DNA of 33,060 nt from Nitrospinota bacterium (lineage in GTDB: Bacteria > JADFOP01). This document shows positions 27,068-33,060 of the stretch, one piece after another. How positions within the stretch are numbered: the first letter of the stretch is position 1; every line of letters begins with the position of its first letter. The translations under genes were made by a program, and so were the position numbers. A model generated the notes under the pieces. It did no database searches and had not been told where the DNA came from. It saw only the letters and a program-made list of their open reading frames with translations. Where the stretch lies: assembly GCA_022562795.1 (NCBI GenBank), contig JADFOP010000022.1, positions 1 to 33,060 of the forward strand, in the 5' to 3' direction.

Positions 27068-27332
27068 TGCCTTGATATATGCCTCCGTTTACTGGTGGTC
27101 ATCGCTTTCGGTCCTTCCCACGGCTCTTTTTACCACAAAATCTCGATAAGGCGGGATTATTCCGGTCGTCGGCCCTCGCCATCCAAATTATTGGAAAGGG
27201 AGCTGCGGGTGGCCTATGGCGCTCTTGTTATCACCGACTGACCTGGAGCTTCAAAAAAGACTTAATGTAGAGCTAGAGTTATATGCAGTTATCATATTGT
27301 TATCGAACAATGTATGATAGACCAACTTTTTC

Positions 27333-27361
27333 TTGACAACCCTGAGGCTATCTTCTATCAT
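27333..27361 (+). promoter_or_regulatory. Sigma70-type promoter of the degP operon
   Basis: TTGACA (27333-38), 17-bp spacer, TATCAT (27356-61). Confidence 0.7.
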
Positions 27362-27393
27362 ACCGAACAGTTCTGGCGCTAGGGAGCAATACA

Positions 27394-28890
27394 GTGACAA
27401 TAACTGTTCACTCTTTTATAGCTCACCGCCGGGTAATTCTCCGCAGGCCACTTTTGTTAGGCATTGCCTTGGCCATTGCGTTACTTGCGGGGCCTGGCTC
27501 CACCTGGGCATCTTCTTCGGCTGAGCCCCCTTCACCAATATGGACTGAAGGGGCCGAAATGGCTCCCCTCGTGGAGGCGCCAAAGGTGCCATCCTTCACG
27601 AAGCTCGCCAAGACCTTCCTCCCGGCCGTTGTCAATATTTCCACGACAAAGAAGCGGGAGAAGAGCTCCCGGCCAGAGGAGGGCGAGAAATTCAAGGGGT
27701 TTTTCGAAAGGTATTTTGGCGCCCCATACGCCCGTCGGAACCGGAGCTTGGGCAGCGGATTCATCATCAATCGTGACGGCTATATCCTTACCAACGCTCA
27801 CGTCATCGAGGAGTTGGAAAACAACATTTGGGTGACCCTATTCGACAAAAGGGAGTTTCGCGCAACGATTGTGGGCAACGATGAAAAGACCGATATCGCC
27901 CTAATCAAAATTGAGGCCCATGAAAGCTTGCCCATCATTTCATTAGGGGACTCGGACAGGTTGGAAACCGGCGATTGGGTCATGGCCATCGGCAATCCCT
28001 TTGGTTATTCCCACTCCGTTACGGCGGGCATCGTCAGCGCGAAGGGCCGAAGTATCGGCGCGGGTCCGTACGACAATTTTATCCAGACCGATGCCTCCAT
28101 CAATCCGGGCAATTCTGGAGGGCCGCTGCTCAATACTCAAGGGGAAGTAATCGGCATGAGCACGGCCATAACCTCTCTCGGCCATGGGATTGGCTTCGCC
28201 ATCCCGATTAACATGGTCAAGGACCTACTGCCCCAACTGGTTGCCCACGGCCGAGTCGTACGGGGCTGGTTGGGAGTAAATCTCCAAGAGGTTGATCACC
28301 AAGCGGCCGAAGAATTCGGCCTCTCCGAGCCAACCGGGGCGCTGGTGACCAACGTGTTTGAGGACAACCCGGCCTTCGAGGCGGGTATCCAGGAAGGCGA
28401 TATTATCGTTGCTTTCAACGAGCGGGTGGTCGATGGGGTCAGGATGTTACAGAGGGCTGTGGCCGCCTCATCCATCGGGAGCGAGGTGGAGCTGGAGGTC
28501 TTGCGGGAAGGCGGACGAAAGAAAATCAAGGTGCTTATCGGTAAGAGGCAGAACGAGGATTACTCTGTGGCTAGAGAGGTCCAGACTGGATTTGGCTTGA
28601 AGGTCGAAGAGATAACCGAGGTCTTGCGGGAGCGTTACAATACGCCGTCCACTTCGGGGATTTTAATAACCCGGGTGGAGCGGGACAGCACTGCCGCAAA
28701 GGCAGGGGTTGAGCGAGGAGACTTGATTCTGGAGGTCAATCGGCATTCGGTAAAAACACTAAAGGATTACCTCCGCCTCATGCGAGATGAAGGGCATTCA
28801 GGACGGTCCATCCTCCTATTGGTGCAACGATCCGATAATACCCTCTACATAGCCTTGAAAGAGGAGGGGGATGATGAAGCTTCAGACTAG
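27394..28890 (+). CDS. degP: Periplasmic serine endoprotease Do/DegP (trypsin domain plus 2 PDZ)
   Basis: GSGFII, TNAHV (His), DIAL (Asp), TDASINPGNSGG (Ser), two PDZ-like domains, N-terminal signal. DegP versus DegQ cannot be resolved from sequence. Confidence 0.93.
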   Translation: MTITVHSFIAHRRVILRRPLLLGIALAIALLAGPGSTWASSSAEPPSPIWTEGAEMAPLVEAPKVPSFTKLAKTFLPAVVNISTTKKREKSSRPEEGEKFKGFFERYFGAPYARRNRSLGSGFIINRDGYILTNAHVIEELENNIWVTLFDKREFRATIVGNDEKTDIALIKIEAHESLPIISLGDSDRLETGDWVMAIGNPFGYSHSVTAGIVSAKGRSIGAGPYDNFIQTDASINPGNSGGPLLNTQGEVIGMSTAITSLGHGIGFAIPINMVKDLLPQLVAHGRVVRGWLGVNLQEVDHQAAEEFGLSEPTGALVTNVFEDNPAFEAGIQEGDIIVAFNERVVDGVRMLQRAVAASSIGSEVELEVLREGGRKKIKVLIGKRQNEDYSVAREVQTGFGLKVEEITEVLRERYNTPSTSGILITRVERDSTAAKAGVERGDLILEVNRHSVKTLKDYLRLMRDEGHSGRSILLLVQRSDNTLYIALKEEGDDEASD

Positions 28891-30841
28891 GGCTGTTTTG
28901 CTGGGAATCGCAACGGCAGCGCTCCTCTTCGCATCACAGGCCCTTGCGGCTGGCCGTCCGCTGACCGTCGTCGTCGACGCTTTGGTCTCGCAAATCTCGG
29001 CCCACTTCAGCCCCGCGGTCGGGACGGTTGTAGAGGCGAGCTCTGACGGGACGCTCGTGGTGCAATTTGCCGAGGGCCGCTCCCCTCTGCCCGACCAGGA
29101 GTTGTTCCTTTATCGCTTTGGCGAGGAGATGATAAATAAGCTAACCGGTGAAAGTCTCGGCCGCAGGGAGCAGGTCATCGGTTTGGTGAGGGTCCTTGAT
29201 GTGGGGCGAGGGCTGGGCCGGGTCCAGCTATTGGAGATTGAGCCGGGGACGACCGCTAAGGCCGGGGACGTAATAAGATACTCCGGCCGCCTAGACGCGG
29301 TTTTGGAACCAACTAAGTTCTTAGTGGCCAGCCCGGCGGGCTCCGAAAACGTGGACGACATTCTGACCCTGAGCCTTCAGCGTTCAGGACGATTCCGGCC
29401 GACCGTCATGAGCGCGAAGGGTCGCAAGGAGGTTTGGAAGGAGCGGCGCTACACCTTCTTCGTTCAACCTCTCGTAAGCTCCGATGAGGCCGGACCCAGG
29501 TTAGACTTCCGGGTCTCCTCCCTCTACACGGGAGAGGCGCTCTTTGTGGTAGGGGAGAATTTTTCAACCGCTGCGCCTGAAGTTTCGGGTCGAGCCGAGG
29601 GGAAGGCACCCCTTTCGGCGTCGGCGAAACTCCTCCTCGAGTTGGAAGAGCGGCTCAAAGCGCTGGAGGAGGCCAAAGAGGCCGAGAAGACGCCCTCCAT
29701 CAACCCCGACATCGAACGGCTCGCCCCTTTGGGGAGAATCACTCCAGAGGAGTTTCAGCGGTTTCGCGCCAGCCAGAAATTTAGAAAGGTCCACCTGTTA
29801 AACATCGCCCTTGGTGACATAGACGGCGATGGCCGGGCTGAGCTGGTGGGCATGGGCGACAAATTCCTCAAGTTCTATCGATGGGACGGACAGCGATTTA
29901 GCGAATTTCACACAATTAAAAGCTCCGGTTGGGGCGGGTTGAGCCATTTTTTGCGTCTCGACGTGGCCGACATCAACGGCAACGGCCTGGCCGAGATTTT
30001 CGTCACCCACATCAAGTCGTCCGAAGGCGTCCAAAACATCGAGAACAAACTCAAGTCCTTCGTCCTGGAATACCAGGGCGGGAGGTTTGTCAAAATATGG
30101 TCGAAGCAACCGTACTTCTTGCGGGTTCTCAGAAGCCCCCAGTTGGGCCGGGGCGTCTTGCTTGCCCAGCGCATGGGCACTAACGATATGTACCGGGGCT
30201 CGGTGATGCAATTTAGGTGGAACGGCTCAACCTACGAGAAGGAACCCAGCTCGCCCATCCCGCCCCAGTTCCAAATTTACGGATTTATGGTCGCCGACCT
30301 CAAAGATTCCGGCACGCAAGAGTATTTCGTTCTTCAGGACAACGGCTATTTGGCTTCGTTCAGTCAGGGTATCGAGATGACGTGGAGGAGCGATGAAGCG
30401 GTTGGCGGCTTTAATCACGTCGGCTTCAAACAGCTTCCCCGCAACCCGACCTATGAAAAATATATCCGAAAAGATGCGGACCCGGATGAATATTTGGTTA
30501 CCCGCCACCTTAAGGGCCGCATCGAGGTAGCTCGCATCGGCGCCCCCGGAGATGGGCATTATGGGATCCTAGTGGGGAGCAACCAAGAGCCTTTCTTGAG
30601 CAAGGCCCTGTTGAACACCGCCGTGCTTAAGAATGGGCGGGTGGTCCACTTCGCCTGGAACGGGATCAAATACGTAAAGGAGTGGGAAACCAAGCCCGAG
30701 CGTAATCACTACCTTGCCGATTTCGCCCTGGGGGATATCGAGGGAGACGGCGTCAAAGATTTGGTCCTTTTAATGCACAACACCACGTATGTGAGAAACC
30801 CATCCAGCCGTCTTGAGCTTTACCGCCTTGGCAAAAAGTAG
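28871..30841 (+). CDS. Exported FG-GAP/VCBS-repeat (beta-propeller) protein
   Basis: Signal peptide (ASQALA). Ca-binding-type repeats GDIDGDGRAEL, ADINGNGLAEI, ADLKDSGTQEY, GDIEGDGVKDL. Short coiled coil near residues 250-275. Confidence 0.8.
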   Translation: MMKLQTRAVLLGIATAALLFASQALAAGRPLTVVVDALVSQISAHFSPAVGTVVEASSDGTLVVQFAEGRSPLPDQELFLYRFGEEMINKLTGESLGRREQVIGLVRVLDVGRGLGRVQLLEIEPGTTAKAGDVIRYSGRLDAVLEPTKFLVASPAGSENVDDILTLSLQRSGRFRPTVMSAKGRKEVWKERRYTFFVQPLVSSDEAGPRLDFRVSSLYTGEALFVVGENFSTAAPEVSGRAEGKAPLSASAKLLLELEERLKALEEAKEAEKTPSINPDIERLAPLGRITPEEFQRFRASQKFRKVHLLNIALGDIDGDGRAELVGMGDKFLKFYRWDGQRFSEFHTIKSSGWGGLSHFLRLDVADINGNGLAEIFVTHIKSSEGVQNIENKLKSFVLEYQGGRFVKIWSKQPYFLRVLRSPQLGRGVLLAQRMGTNDMYRGSVMQFRWNGSTYEKEPSSPIPPQFQIYGFMVADLKDSGTQEYFVLQDNGYLASFSQGIEMTWRSDEAVGGFNHVGFKQLPRNPTYEKYIRKDADPDEYLVTRHLKGRIEVARIGAPGDGHYGILVGSNQEPFLSKALLNTAVLKNGRVVHFAWNGIKYVKEWETKPERNHYLADFALGDIEGDGVKDLVLLMHNTTYVRNPSSRLELYRLGKK

Positions 30842-30941
30842 AGAGACTCGGCCCGGCGTTCTTAAGGCCGTCCGGCATGGACGAAGAGCGTTCGAGCCGT
30901 GTAGCGTTAATGGCCACCACCTAGGGTCGTTGGAGCCTTAG

Positions 30942-32690
30942 ATGGGGCGACGGTCGCGAACCGCGGCGGCCTTACTCATAGTGGCCGGATTGGCTATCGG
31001 GTCTTATCTGAATGCCCTGGGCGGCCCATTTCTCTACGACGACCACAAGGATGTCGCCAACAATCCCATCTTACTTGAGCCACATCGACTGACGGAGATT
31101 TTCACCACCTCGTTCCTCGATAAGGGAGAGGAGCGTGGGCTTTACCGGCCCATCACGGGACTCACCTACTGGATCGATCATCGACTCTTCGGACCCAATC
31201 CCTTCGGTTTTCACATCTCAAACCTCTTGTGGCATGCAGCCGCGGCTCTTTTGGTCTTGCTTATCCTTAGAGAGCTCTGGCCTGCCGAGCCGCTAATGGC
31301 TTTTGGAGCGGCCGCCCTCTTCGCCGTCCATCCCGTTCACACCGAGGCGGTCTCTTGGGTCTCAGGGCGCTCGGAGGTCCTGGCCGCCTTTTGGGGCCTT
31401 CTTGCTTTTTGGGCTCACCGGCGAGGCGAGAGGGAAGGGGCCAACGCTTCGCCCTGGAGAATTGGCGCTTTGGCTGCCTGGCTCGTGGCTCTGGGAGCCA
31501 AGGAGATGACCGCCACGGTCCCCATTCTCCTGGTGATGACAGACGCACTGCTTGGTCGTCCGTCGGGGTGGTGGCGCCCCGGACGGCTATTCAGGCGGTA
31601 CGGCCCATACGCGGGCGTGGGGGTCGCATATCTCGTGCTCCGCTGGAGTGTTCTCGGCCAGCTCGGCCCCGTTGGGGCACATCAGTACTTCCACGGGGCT
31701 CCGCTGAGCGTCCGTGGGCCGACAATGCTTAAGGTCGCCGCCTCATACGTCGGAAGGCTAATCTTCCCTGTCAACCTGAACGCCGCTTGGACAGTGCCCC
31801 ACGCCCAAGGGCTCACCGACGGCTCCCTGCCGCTACTCGCCCTGGCTCTCATGGTCGCGTTGGTTGGGCTGGCCTGGGCTGTGAGACGGACGGCCACGCC
31901 GGTAGCATGGGGAGTCCTCTGGTCGGGCTTAGCCCTCCTTCCGGTTTCCAACCTCCTTCCCATAGGGGAGCTCGCGGCCGAGCGGTTTCTCTACTTCTCC
32001 TCCGTGGGGGCCTGCGCGGCGATCGCGTGGGTGATGGCCAAGGGGATTCAGGTTCCATTAAAGGGGAGGTCCCCGAGAGCTCCCGTGGCTATTACAAGCG
32101 CTCTCGGGTGCGTTGTTTTGGTCCTCTTTGCCATCACCACGATTGACCGCAACCGGGACTGGTCGGACGATCTCGCTCTCTGGGAGAAGACTGCGCGCCA
32201 GTCCCCAAAGAGCGTCAACGCCAGGATGAATTTCGGCAAGGCCCTGTTTCAGCGCGGGCGCGTGCCTGAGGCCGCAGGGGAGTTTGAGGCCGCTCTAGCC
32301 CTCTCTCCTAACCACGTGGATGCGCTCAACAACCTGGGGGCGGCATTCGGCCAGCTCGGGCGCGCCGACGAGGCCCGCAAAGCCTTCCATCACGCGACCC
32401 TCATCGAGCCGGACCACGCGGGGGCCTGGTACAATCTGGGATTTCTCCGCTACCGGCAGGGCGACCTCAGGGGAGCCGAAGATGCGTTACGGCGGGCCAG
32501 AGGCCTAGATCCGCAGAATTCTAAGGTCCCCTATCTTCTCGGCCTTGTGGCTTATAGACAGGGCGACCTTGAGGAGGCGGAGTCCCTATGGCGAGAGACC
32601 CTGCGGCTTGACCCTACCTTCACCAAAGCCTCAAAAAATTTGTCTGCCCTCATCCAGGCCCGCCAGCGGGCCAAGCCCAAGCCACGCTAA
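30942..32690 (+). CDS. TMTC-like membrane glycosyltransferase with C-terminal TPRs (GT-C, DUF1736-like)
   Basis: F.YDD...V..NP, YRP.T..TY.ID, FH..NLLWH, LFAVHPVHTEAVSWVSGRSE, KE, AERFLY, RNRDW....LW, followed by 4-5 TPRs. Confidence 0.88.
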   Translation: MGRRSRTAAALLIVAGLAIGSYLNALGGPFLYDDHKDVANNPILLEPHRLTEIFTTSFLDKGEERGLYRPITGLTYWIDHRLFGPNPFGFHISNLLWHAAAALLVLLILRELWPAEPLMAFGAAALFAVHPVHTEAVSWVSGRSEVLAAFWGLLAFWAHRRGEREGANASPWRIGALAAWLVALGAKEMTATVPILLVMTDALLGRPSGWWRPGRLFRRYGPYAGVGVAYLVLRWSVLGQLGPVGAHQYFHGAPLSVRGPTMLKVAASYVGRLIFPVNLNAAWTVPHAQGLTDGSLPLLALALMVALVGLAWAVRRTATPVAWGVLWSGLALLPVSNLLPIGELAAERFLYFSSVGACAAIAWVMAKGIQVPLKGRSPRAPVAITSALGCVVLVLFAITTIDRNRDWSDDLALWEKTARQSPKSVNARMNFGKALFQRGRVPEAAGEFEAALALSPNHVDALNNLGAAFGQLGRADEARKAFHHATLIEPDHAGAWYNLGFLRYRQGDLRGAEDALRRARGLDPQNSKVPYLLGLVAYRQGDLEEAESLWRETLRLDPTFTKASKNLSALIQARQRAKPKPR

Positions 32691-32785
32691 AGGAGAAATA
32701 AGAAAGTTTCGCAGGACGATACGGACGTTAGTGCCTATACTGTCCGGAAAGCTCTTAACCAATACATGTATCTATTAAAAACTTG

Positions 32786-32814
32786 TTGCTTTGCCCGGTC
32801 AGGAGCCGTATAAT
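32786..32814 (+). promoter_or_regulatory. Sigma70-type promoter
   Basis: TTGCTT (32786-91), 17-bp spacer, TATAAT (32809-14). Confidence 0.65.
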
Positions 32815-32913
32815 ATTTGAAACTATCTTGCACCAAAGCTTAATTACAGTTAGCATATTGTGAAGCTGACCTAGAAGGGGGGAGTCAAGGCCCCGAAGCA
32901 TAGGAGAGTGGCC

Positions 32914-33060
32914 GTGGTACGGAACAACAATGCGAGAGTTTGGCCCCGGGTCCTAATAGCGGTAGCCGTCCTGGCGGTGGTCTTGACCCCGGCCCCCGCC
33001 CACTCGGGGGACCGCTTTGTCCCGCAGGCCATCCTCCAGGCCGAGGGGTTGGTCCTTACG
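32914..33060 (+). CDS. N-terminus of an exported protein (partial)
   Basis: SD AGGAG (32902-06), then GTG: MVRNNNARVWPRVLIAVAVLAVVLTPAPAHS-GDRFVPQ..., signal-peptide-like and open to the window end. Confidence 0.6.
   Translation, partial: MVRNNNARVWPRVLIAVAVLAVVLTPAPAHSGDRFVPQAILQAEGLVLT

Overview
GC-rich bacterial chromosome segment, most likely from a diderm (ADP-heptose genes, lipoproteins, LapA). The gene order looks deltaproteobacteria/Nitrospinota-like, but that is inference only. Layout: (1) 1-13233, + strand: nucleotide-sugar genes (dehydrogenase tail, SDR epimerase, ugd, UDP-glucuronate decarboxylase), gmhA, hldE and a DHS-fold-like hypothetical, running directly into purB-purC-purS-purQ-purL-purF. 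(2) 13351-18870, - strand: the conserved rplU-rpmA-obgE-proB-proA-nadD-rsfS operon plus a LapA-like gene. (3) 18969-21720: an accessory stretch between rplU and endonuclease V (nfi). (4) 21923-33060: envelope genes (two lipoproteins, a large TPR protein, DegP, an FG-GAP protein, a TMTC-like TPR glycosyltransferase), plus an FmdB zinc ribbon and a GT2. Main finding: the 3' end of nfi occurs three times in tandem. These are the live end at 21055, a 58/59-bp copy at 20087-20145 and a synonymously recoded 22-codon copy at 18969-19037. They delimit two ~1-kb cassettes (949 and 1137 bp), each with one membrane-protein gene and CCGCCTNAGGCGG palindromes. One also holds a dead SRAP/YedK fragment. No integrase is present. 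This pattern fits repeated integration into nfi with 3'-end replacement.
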